From NCBI RefSeq assembly GCF_020745735.1, contig NC_083409.1, positions 6,437,534-6,501,533 on the forward strand: 64,000 nucleotides of DNA, read 5' to 3'. Of the stretch, positions 24,603-35,665 are shown one piece after another; positions within the stretch are counted from its first letter, which is position 1; every line of letters starts with the position of its first letter. The position numbers were made by a program, and so were the translations under genes. The DNA is from Hemiscyllium ocellatum. Lineage: Eukaryota. The notes below the pieces were generated by a model that saw nothing but the letters and a program-made list of their open reading frames with translations, did not search any database and had not been told where the DNA came from.

Positions 24603-27251
24603 TCCTGCTGCAGACGATGGGGGTCGATGTCACGGAGGACCTCAAGGAGGTGATGGGCCGGCAGGCCTTGCTCTTTGCCTCGGAGGCTTCCAAGATAATC
24701 TTCCGGTCCAGGGTCCGCTTGGTGGAGCAGGACGAGACGTGCTCACGTTTCTTCTTCCAGAAGGTGCACAAAGAGAGCTCTGTGCTCAGCAACCTGAAGG
24801 AAGAAGATGGTTCGATAACGTCATCTCAGGCTAACGTCATGAAGATCAAGAAATCCTTCTATTCCAGTCTGTATGACGCGAAGCCGACCGACAGCACGGC
24901 CTCCCAGTCCTTCCCGTCCTCTATCACGGAGTTCTTAGACGACAGAACACGGGAGAGGCTGGACCAGCCGCTATCTCTGGACGAGCTGACCGAGGCCCTC
25001 GAGTCCTTCGAAAAGAATAAAACTCCCGAAAGTGACGGCTTAACGGTCGATCTCTATTCCGCTCTGTGGGACTTGATTGGCCACGACCTTCTGGAGGTGT
25101 ATGTTAGTATGCTTCGGGCAGATGCCATGCGTGAATCCATGAGGAAAGGCATCATCACCCTCATCTACAAGCGGAAGGGGAGAGTGAGGAACTCAAAAAT
25201 TGGCGACCAATCACACTGTTGAATGCGGATTACAAAACCCTGTCACAGGTAATCGCCAACCGGATCAGGTCTGCTCTGGGGTCGGTGATTCACCCTGGCC
25301 AGACCTGTGCTGTGCCGGGCAGGAAGACCATTGAGAGTCTCGCACTCCTCAGGGATACGATCTCCTACGTGCTGGACAGAGGGTTGGACGCCTGCCTGAT
25401 CAGCCTGGACCAGGAGAAAGCCTTTGACAGGATATCACGCAGGTATATGAGAGATGTTCTCTCCAAAATGGGCTTTGGGGAGGGAATCTGCAATTGGATC
25501 AGACTGCTCCACACCAACATTGTCAGTGCAGTCTCAATCAATGCGTGGAAATCAGATAGCTTCCCAGTCAGATCTGGAGTCAGGCAGGGCTGCCCTCTCT
25601 CTCCTGCCTTGTTTGTGTGCTGCATAGAGCCATTTGCCGAGTCCATCAGGAAGGATGCGAGACTGAGACGGGTGCCTATTCCTGGCAGCGGTGGCTTGCA
25701 GGTTAATGCCTCCCTGTACATGGATGACGTCGCTGTTTTCTGCTCGGATCCGCTGTCAGTGCGCAGACGTATGTGCATTTATGATCAGTTCGAACGGGCC
25801 TCGGGGGCCAAGGTCTTCGGGAACTGGGCCGACCAATCCTCGATCCCCTTCACCGTTAGCACCGACCACCTGAAGATGCTGGGTATTTGGTTCGTGGGGG
25901 CTGGGGCATGTGCCAAGTCTTAGGAGGAGCGTATCAGCAAAGTGAGGTAGAAACTGGGCAAATGGAAACTACGGTCGCTCTCCATCGCGGGTAAAAAAAA
26001 ACTGGTCATCATGTGTGATGCACTGTCATTGCTAATATACATGGCACAGGTCTGGCCTATTCCCCGAACCTGTGCCGCTGCAGTCACCCGGGCCATCTTC
26101 CAGTTTATATGGAGTTCAAAGATGGACTGGGTCCGAAGGGACTCTCTGTACAAAGATCTGGGCAACGGGGGAAAAAATACACCCAATGGCACCCTCACCC
26201 TGATGGCCACCTTTGTGTGTGGCTGCATCAAGCTGTGCGTGGATGCCTGGTACACAAACACTAAGTGTCACTACGTACTGAGATTCTACCTGTCCCGAGT
26301 GTTGTGAAGGATGGGCCTGCCTCGCTGCCGTGGAATGCTCCGAGTAGTTGGACCGTTTCATATCACCTGTCCTTTTCCTTGAAGTTTATGAAGAAAAACA
26401 CCTTTGACCACGAGTCCATCAGGAAGTGGTCATCATATAATGTCCTTGAGACCTCTCGGGAAAAGGAGTGGGCGGATCCTATCGAGCAGTTCGCTGAGCA
26501 GATTGTCAAAGCCATTTGGCAGAATGCCTCATCGCCAGAACTTTCTAGCAAGAATCAAGACATGGCTTGGCTGGTGGTGAGAAGGGCTCTGCCTCTGAGA
26601 TCCTTGATGCAAGCCCGGACTCTCAGCCGCACCATACGCTGCCCTCGAAGCGGCTGCGGGGGGGACGGGGGACGAGTCTGTCACACACATCCTTCTGGAA
26701 TGTGCTTATGCAGAAGAAGTCTGGAGAGGAATGCAGTGGTGTTTGTCGAGGTTCGTCCCGAGCAGCGCTGTGACGCGGGACTCCGTGCTCTACAGCCTGT
26801 TCCCCGGGATGCACGCCGAGACGAACATCAACTGCGCCTGGAGGATCATCAACTCTGTGAAGGACGCTGTCTGGGCGTCCTAAAACTATTGATCTTCCAG
26901 CTGAAGGAGTTGACCCCGACTGAGTGTTGCTGACTGGCACATTCCATGGTCGAGGACTACGTGTTGAAGGACGTGCTGAAGCTTGGGGCAGCTGCCGCCA
27001 AGGCGCGGTGGGGAAAGACCACCGTGTAACATCTGCCTGCGTAAAGAAAACAGTGGGCCCATGCAGTCATTTGGGCTCTGCTGACGCCTCAGCTAAATAT
27101 ATGGGCATATGATTGAAAAATGTACAGACCTGTATATAACAATGAGAAATTCTGATCTGCGTATGTAAATGTTGACATATATATGGCATGACAAACTTTG
27201 CAGACCATCAAATTATTTTATGAATCAAGTATATTTTTGAAATTAAAAAAA
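24603..27251 (+). mobile_element. Tx1/L1-clade element B, 5'-truncated (ORF2 linker, RT, C-terminal zinc finger, 3'UTR, A tail)
   Basis: EQDETCSRFFFQKV; LNADYK; CLISLDQEKAFDRIS; SGVRQGCPLSPALF; LYMDDVAVF; RCPRSGC..HxLxEC. Several frameshifts and stops; ORF2 ends ~27029; tail AAAAAAA to 27251. Confidence 0.92.
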
Positions 27252-27904
27252 GTTACTGTTTTAAGGGACAGGATTCTTTTTTTTTGAGAAAATCTCCACA
27301 AGTGTTTTCCTCAAGCTCCATTGTGGCTGTGAATTTGTGCAGCCTCCTCTGTCTGGGCTGATAATTACTGACTGTTTTCTGTCAATGTCAATCTGGAAAA
27401 GGGAATAAAGATGAAGAAGATTCAGTCTCTGTCTCGTGTTTGCTTTCGAGATAGACTGCCTCAGCCACAGCTGATTGGCTACGTTTCAGCACACGGTGGT
27501 CCTGATTAGATGATTGGATGGTCAATCAATAACACTTCAGCGAAAGATTGGATTGGCAGCCAATCATCAATCAATTTCAAATGATCCCTTCTATCTGGAA
27601 TCTGTCAAATGTACATGATTCTAAACAGAACAGAAACTGAAAGCTGCTGGGAAGCAATTATTCCAATCTGAGGCATTCTCTCTTCACTCTGTCCAGACCC
27701 AGCTGGTGGGATCGCACTGTGCACTCTCTGCTTATGCTGGGTAACATTTGAAATGAGCTGTGGCCAATGACAGACACTGGAGGCTTCAGGGATTATATTC
27801 ATTTGTCCCACCTTAGCCTGTTGCTCAGTGGCAGCTTAAAACTGAACTGTGTGTTCTTCGTTCAGAGAGCGGATCAGTCAGGATCTCATAGCATACATGA
27901 CCTG

Positions 27905-28184
27905 GTGTGGGTGTAACTGTTACCCAATGCTGTCTGTAGGTGTGTGAGTGTAACTGTTACCCAGTACTGTCTGTACGTGCATGTCTCTGAGTGTGGGTGT
28001 GTCTGTTACCCAGTACTGTCTGTAGGCGTGTGTCTCTGAGTGCGGGTGTAACTGTCACCCAATACTGTCTGTGGGTGTGTGTCTCTGAGTGTGGGTATAA
28101 CTGTTACCCAGTACTGTCTATTGTTACGTGTCTCTGAGTGTGGTTGTGACTGTTACCCAGTATTGTCTGTAGATGTGTGTCTCA
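27905..28184. repeat. ~49-bp minisatellite, 6 units (GTGTGGGTGTAACTGTTACCCAGTACTGTCTGTAGGTGTGTGTCTCTGA)
   Basis: Directly visible tandem units. Confidence 0.9.
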
Positions 28185-28199
28185 GCTTTGCTGCATTTC

Positions 28200-30710
28200 A
28201 TAGAGTCTCAGAATCATAGAGATGGACAGCACAGAAACAATCCCTTTGGTTTCTTTACAAACATCGACCAGATACACTAAACTAATCTAGTCCCATTTGC
28301 CAGCATTTGGTCCATATCTCTGTAAATCCTTCCTATTCATATACCCATCTAAATGTCCTTTCAATTTTGTAATTGTACCAACCTGCAACACTTCCTCTGG
28401 CAGTTCATTCCATGTATAAACCACACTGTGTGTGAAAAAGTTTCCCTTTAGGTCCCTTTCAAATCTCTCCCTTCTCAACCTAAACCTAGTTCTGGACTCC
28501 CCCACCCCAGGGAAAACGCCTTGTCTATTTTCTCTATCCGTGCCACTCGTGATTTATAAACCTCTATAAGGTCACCCCCTCAGCCTCTGACACTCCAGGG
28601 AAACCAGCCCCAGCCTGTTCAGCCTCACACCATTACTAAAATAAAACCCAACAACACTGGTAACATACTTAGAAATCTTTTCTGACCCCTTTCAAGATTC
28701 ACAGCTTCTTTCCGATAAGAGGGAGACCAGATTTACACACAACATTCCAGAAGTGACCTAACCAATGTCCTGTACAGGCACAACATGACCTCCCAATTCT
28801 TGTATTCGATACTCTGACTGAGAATACAAAGCATACCAAAATCATTTGATCTGTGACTCAAATTTCAAGGAACAATGGACCTGCAGTCCAAGGCCTTTAT
28901 TTCAGCAATACTCCCTCGTACCTTACTATTAAGGGGCGGGCACGGTGGCTAACACTGTTGCCTCATAGTGCCAGAGCCCTGGTTCAGTTCCAGCCTCGGA
29001 CGATTGTCCGTATGGAATTTTACATATTTTCCACGTGTCCGCGTGGGTTACCTCCCATAGTCTAAAGAGGTGCAGTTTAGGTGAATTGGCCATGCTAAGT
29101 TGTTCAAAGTTCAGTCATATGTACGTTAGGTTCATTAGTCAGGGTGAAATGTAGAAGAACAGGTAGGGGTATGGGTCTGGATGGGTTCCTTTTCAGAGGG
29201 TCAGTGTGGACTTGTTGGTCTAAATGACCTGTTTCCATACTGTAGGAATTCCATGATTAAGCATCTAAATCCTGGCCTGATTTGACTTTCCAAAATACAG
29301 CACCTCACATTTATCTAAATTAAACTCCATCTGCCACTCATTAGCCAATGTGCTCTGCGGTAATTTTCTTCACTGCACACTACATCTCCAATTTGGTGTT
29401 ATCTGTAAACTCACTAACTATACCTCCTACGTTCACATTCAAATCATTATGTCAATGACAAAAATCAGTGGACCCAGCACTGATCATTGTGGCACACCAC
29501 TCATCACAGGCCTCCAGACTGAAAAACAACCCTCCACCATCACTCTCAGTCTTCTACCTTCAAGCCAGTTCTGTATCCAAATATTTAGTTCTCCCTGTAT
29601 TCCATATGATCTGACATTGCAAACCAATCTACCATAAGGAAACTTGTTAATGCCTCACTGAATTCCATGTAGATCACATCCACTGCTCTGACATCATAAA
29701 TTGTCTTTGTTACTTCTTCAAAAAACTCAATCAGTTTAGTGAGTCATGATTTCCCAGACACAAAGCCATGTTGGTTATCCTGAATCAGTCCTTGTCTTTA
29801 GAAATATATAGGAGAAAGTGAGGACTGCAGATGCTGGAGATCAGAGCTGAAAAATGTGTTGCTGGAAATGCACAGCAGGTCAGGCAGCATCCAAAGATGA
29901 GGAGAATCGATGCTGCAGGCATGAGCCCTTCTTCAGAAATCCCTCCAATACTCTTTCCAAATATATGTAAGTCCTGTCCTTCACAATTTCCCTCCAACAA
30001 TTTGCCCACAAACTATGTCAGGCTCACCATACTATAACCAAAAAATTGAAAATGCTGGAAAATCTCAGCAAGTCTGGCAGCATCTGTAAGGAGAGAAAAG
30101 AGCTGACATTTCGAGTCTAATTGACCCTTTGTCATTGCTGAGATTTTCCCGCATTTTCTCTTTGTTGGTCTCAGATTTCAGCATCTGCAATAATTTGCTT
30201 TCATCCAGATTTTTTTTAACCAGACTATAGTTCCCTGGCTTTTCCTTACCATGTTAGCCAAACTCCAGTCTTCCAGCACCTCACCTGTGACCTTCGATGA
30301 TATACATATTTCAGCAAGTGGCCCAGCGATCACTTCCTTAGCTTCCAACAGTGTTCTGGAGTGCACCTGGTTAGGTCGTGGGGATTTATCTACTTTTGTG
30401 CGTTTTAAGACAATCTGCACTTCCTCCTCCGTAATATGGACTTTTTTCAACATGTCACCATCTATATCTTCCCTGTCTTTCTTCACAGTAAGCACTGATG
30501 CAAACTTTTTGTTTAGTATCTCCTCGATCTCCTGCAGTTCCACACATAGGCTCTCTTGCTGATCTTTGAGGGGTCCTATTCTGTCCTTTGTTATTCTTTT
30601 GTCCTTAATGCATTTGTAAAATCCATTTGGATTACCCTTAGCCCTATTAAGCAAACTATATAATGTTTCCTTTTTGCCATCCTGATTTCCCTCTTAAGTG
30701 GGAGTAGTTA
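28200..30710 (-). mobile_element. CR1 3' half, interrupted by an HE1 SINE and PLE ends (29810-29945, 30040-30205)
   Basis: RERFERDLKGNFFTHSVVYTWNELP; VDKSPRPNQVHSRTL; CR1 3' tail at 28200-28290. Confidence 0.88.
28932..29258 (+). mobile_element. HE1 SINE nested in CR1
   Basis: GGGCACGGTGG head, core and tail similar to 54243-54551. Confidence 0.82.
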
Positions 30711-32280
30711 GCAATTCTGGAATGTGTGTAAATGGGTAAGTCCCCTGAGCTGGATGGAATTTATCCAAGGATTCTCTGGGAAGCCAGAGAGGAGAGTGCA
30801 CAGCCTTTTGTTTTGAACTTTATGCCATCTGGAGGATAGAAAATGTAGTCCCCTTGTTCAAGAAGGGGAGTAGAGGCAACCCTGGTAATTATATACCAGT
30901 GAACCTTACTTCGGTTGTGGGTAAAGTGTAGGAAAAGGTTACAAGAGATGCGATTGATAATCATCTAGAGAGGACTACGTTGATTATGGATAGTCAACAT
31001 TGTTTTGTGAAGGGTAGTCCATATCTCACAAACCTCATTGGGTTCTTTGAGAATCTGACCGAACATGTGAATGAGGGAAAAGCAGTTGATGTGGTGTATA
31101 TGGATCTGAGTAAGATATTTAGTAAAGTTCCCCACTATATGCTATTGCATAACATATGGGATTGAGGGCAATTTGGAAGGTTGGGTCAGAAATTGGCTAC
31201 CTGAAAGAAGACAGAATGTGGTGGTCGATAGGAAACTTTCATCCTGGATTTCAGTTATTATTGGTGTACCACAAGGATCGGTTTTTGGGTCACTGTTGTT
31301 TGCCATTTTTATAAATGACCTGAATGAGGGCATAGAAGGATAGGTTAGTAAATTTGCATCTGCAAAATAAAACACAGCATCTGCAGTACTCACTTTCACC
31401 TAGTAAATGTACGGGTGACACGGACGTCAGTGGAGTTGTGGATAGTGCTGAATAATGTTGCAGGTTACAGAGAGACATAAATCAGCTGCAGAGCTGGGCT
31501 GAGAGATGGCAAATGGAGTTTAATGCAGAAAAGTGTGAGGTGGTTCACTCTGGAGCGATCAACAGGAATAAACAGTGTTGGGCTAATTGTAAGATTCTTG
31601 GCAATGTACATGAGCAGAGAGATCTCGGTAACCATGTAAGTTGACACCCAGGTTGGTAGGATTGTTTAGAAGGCATGCAGTATGTTAGCTTTTATTTGTA
31701 AATAGATTGTGTTTCAGAGCCAAGGTCACATTACAACTGTACAAATCTCTGGCACAGCCGCACTTGGAGTATTGCGCACTGTTCTGGTCACCGCACGATG
31801 TGAAGGATGTGGAAGCTTTGGAAAGGGTTCAGAGGAGATTTACTAGGATGTTGTCTTGTATGGAGGAAAATTCTTCTGAGGAAAGGCTGAGGACGTTGAG
31901 GCTGTTTTTGTTAGAGAGAAGAAAGTTCAGAGATAACTTAATTGAGACACATAAGATAACCAGAGGATTAGACAGGGTGGATAGTGAGACCATTTTTCCT
32001 CACATGGCGATGGCTAGCATGAGGGGACGTAGCTTTAAATTGAGGGCTGATAAGTATAGGACAGATAACAGAGACAGTTTCTTTACTCAGAGAGTAGTTA
32101 GGTGTGGGACACACTGCCTGCAGCAGTAATAGACTTGACAACTTTACGCGTATTTAAATAGTCATTGGATAAACATACTGATGAACATGGAATAGTGTAG
32201 GATAGATCGGCTTCAGATTGGTTCCACAAGTCGCGCAACTTGGAGGGCTGAAGGGCCAGGACTGCGTTGTAATGTTCTAT
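30710..32280 (+). mobile_element. CR1 RT to 3' end
   Basis: SQHCFVKG..LTNLIGFFE, VYMDLSK.F.KVPH, LYKSLAQPHLEYCALFWSP..DVEALERVQRRFTRML. Confidence 0.92.
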
Positions 32281-34269
32281 GATCTATGCATACTCTTCTA
32301 TGGATTTACTCAAACTCTGTTGTATACACCTGACATGTTTTATTCTTTTTCCTGATCAAAACCTCAATTTCTCTGGTCATACAACAGTCCCTACACCAAC
32401 CAGCCCCGCCTTTCACCCGAACAAGAACATACTGTCTCTGGACTCTCATTATCTCATTTTTGAAGGTTTCACATTTTCCAACCGCCGATTACCTCCGAAC
32501 ATCGGCCCACAACCAACTTTTGAAAGTTCCTGCCTAATAGAGTCTAAATTGACCTGTTCACTGGGACAACAAGTTGCTGCAATGTAAACACAAAATTTCC
32601 CCAAATGTTAACTACATTGAACATTGAACCGGCCTGAAATTAAAGAACAGGACAAATTATTTGTTCTTTGTACATTATTCAAATCAAATCCTTAAGCTGT
32701 TTCAAAGTAACCTGTCTCTTTAAACTATGGACTTACTTCTGGATACCTCAACAAGAGGAAACATCCTCTTGGTATCCATCTGTCACGTCCCTCAGGGTCT
32801 CCTTTCGTTCAGCAGTGTCTACGGTGGGAAAAAAAAGTTTATGTTTTGAGTCTGGCATGACTTCTTCATGAACCTTAACTCTGTTTTCTCTCTCCTTAGA
32901 TGCTGTCGGACTTACTGAGTCTCTCCATCATTCCCTATTTTTGGTTCAGATTTCCAGCATCACAATATGTTGGTTTAATCTGAAGGATCCTAACTCTTTC
33001 ATAGGGATCACCTCTCGTTCTCCGATGTGTACAGCGTGTCTATCCTTTTCATCGTGTTCGGGGTATGCAGGCTAGGTAGGTTAGGCTTGGGAAATATAGG
33101 TTTGCAGGAATAGGGAGGCTCTCAGTGGGATGCTCTTCAATGGATCGGTGTGGACTTGATGGGCCAAATGGCCTTCTTCCACACTCTGGGGATTCTATGA
33201 AATAAGACTTTCCTCATGTTTTCCTGACGCTGTGTGTTAACTTTGTGGTTCATATCTCAGTACCCCCATATCCCTCTGTGTCTGTCTGTAGAAAGGGGAC
33301 AAAACTAAAACGATTGCTCAAGGTCTTTGTGCTTGTCAGGGGTTCGGACGTGACAAGCGGACACTTGCTGAAGGGAGCTCTTGCTGGAAGAGAAAGTCAG
33401 GATAAAGCAGTCTCCAGTGCGTTACAAATCAACAGGTGGTTGTGGTAAGTGAAGGATTTGCGCTATGAAAATGCAGGAATAGGTACAGGCCTCAAGAGGA
33501 AGGGACAGGAAAATGTCTTTGCACAGAAACTGCTTTGAGCAGAGAGCAGTCAGCAGGTACTGTGCTCACAGCAGCTAAGGGAGACTGGGAATATTCAACT
33601 CGAATGTCTCAAAGCTACAAAAGTATCACCTGAATATGAGACTGAAGATGAAATCTCAGAGTGTGTTATCAGTGAAAGGAAACCAGGAAGCCAGGTCCCA
33701 GCAGAATGCTAAAGCTCTAGGATTGTTACGCAATGAAATTAAGAAAGGAATGAGAGACAAACCCCACACCCTGACCCTGAAACACCCAGCCACCGATGCA
33801 CCATTCGGTTCAACCCAATCCACTCAGTGTCCATCTCCCAGGAAATAGGCAGCAGGTCATGGTGTCTGTATGTGTCTATGTTCCGAAATGATGGCTCTTG
33901 TTCTGCGGACTTCACATTCAGCTTTCTCTTACTCCCTGTGAGAAACCTCCTTAATCTGCAACAATGGGAAAGCAAAGATCAGAACGAGAGGCTCAATCAG
34001 CATCAAACAATAACCACACAGACGAGGCCTCTACCCCCGGATCAGGGTCTCCCTCCGCATCAACCCCCACCCGCTTCCCTTCTCTCCCTGCCCTCTCAGT
34101 CCCTGCAATGACTCCTTCTCCTGTTTCATTATCCAATTTTCAGTCTCCATCAGCCTCTGTTTGGTTTGGAGGAGCTCTTTGTGGAGGACATCAGGTCTGT
34201 CTTTAACCTGAGTGGGCAAGATGGACACAATGTGAGGGACCGACCGGAGGATCCCTTGCAAACATGTGT

Positions 34270-34400
34270 CTGGGTCTCCCCCTCACTCCCCAGTCATGGA
34301 GACTGGACTCTGGCTCTCCCCCTCACTCCCCAGTCACGGAGCCTGGGCCTGGGTCTCCACCTCACTCCCCAGTCACGGAACCTGGATCTCCCTCTGTTCC
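34270..34400. repeat. Short minisatellite (CTGGGTCTCCCCCTCACTCCCCAGTCACGGAG, ~3.5 units)
   Basis: Directly visible. Confidence 0.85.
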
Positions 34401-35149
34401 CACCCACTTCCCCTGTCACAGAGTCTGGGTGCCAGTCATGAAGTAACTCTCTGAGCCTCGAATGTGCCATCTCAGGACATAAAAAAAAAATCCCGGTTGA
34501 AGAAGGGGATGACGTGCTGGGCTACGTTGAATGGAACCAGCAGGAAAGGGCTGGACAACCACGTTTCTGAGCCCTAAGCAAATAGGAATGGGGCATGGTA
34601 CAGTCAGATACACATGGACAGACAATCACACAGAGAAAACTAAACGAGAAATTAGACACTAATACACAGCTGATGGAGTTTAATGTCAGAAAGTGTAAGG
34701 ACGTGCACTTTGGTAGGAATAATCAAAAGTCAGATTATTGTTTAAATGGAGAGAGACTCCAACGGAGTGCAGTGCAGAGGGATCTGGGTATTCTTGAGTA
34801 TGAAACAAAAAAAGTTAGTGCAGATGCAGCAAGTCATTGAGAATGTGAATGGAATTGCAGCCTTTATTGCTGGGGTTGAAATGTTAAAGTAGAGAAACAT
34901 TGTTGGAACTGTACAGGGTGTCAGTGATTCTGCATATGCAGTACTGAGTGCAGTTTTGGTCTCTGTATTTATGAAAGGATGGACTGGTGGTGGAGTCCTT
35001 TTCCTGCTCCTATTTCCCATGATCTTGTGTGCTCCAGTGTCATTCCCTCATAGCAGAACTGGTTTGGTGCCTGCCTGCAGTAACAGCCTCCAGCCTCGGG
35101 GTGGTGCCTTGCCCAGCCACCCGATTCCTCTCCCCAGTCTCCTGCTGCA

Positions 35150-35425
35150 GCAGGTGGAGGAGGCGATATAATGGACCACTCCGTTATCCTCAATCCCTCC
35201 CCCATCTCCCAAACTCTCCAACCTGGCCTTCCCCCTCATAACTAGCAGCTGAGCTTTCAGCCGCCCAGGCCCTCAGCTCGGGAGTTTCCTCCACAAACCC
35301 CTCTCACTTCTTAGAATGAGCTGTTTGTCTCGTTTTGGTCATCAATTCAAACAATGTATGAGCCCACCTTGTGGATGGTTACTATATTAAATATGTTATA
35401 TCAATGCAAGTTGTTGTTGTTGTTG
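35150..35425 (+). mobile_element. L2-like LINE 3' end with (GTT)n tail
   Basis: Ends in ATATCAATGCAAGTTGTTGTTGTTGTTG, an L2-type terminus. Confidence 0.55.
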
Positions 35426-35522
35426 CTATAATTGAGCAGAATTTATTTATTTATTGACAGATTTCACTGATATAAAAGGAAAGGGACTGACCACTGGCGA
35501 TGGAGAGATGATCATTTTCAGC

Positions 35523-35665
35523 CAACTGTACCACCACTACCAGCTCTATCACAACTACCAACTGTACCACCACTACCCGCTGTACCACCGCCACCAGCTG
35601 TACCACCACTACCTGCTGTACTACCACTCCCAACTGTAACACACTACCAGCTGTACCACCAATAC
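35523..35665. repeat. 18-bp minisatellite (CAGCTGTACCACCACTAC), ~8 units
   Basis: Directly visible; it produces the repetitive ORFs 35451-35693 and 35454-35639. Confidence 0.9.

Noticed and set aside
33283-33320. VCRKGTKLKR resembling a J segment (FGKGTKL)
   Set aside because: Lacks FG, an upstream RSS and a donor at the J position.
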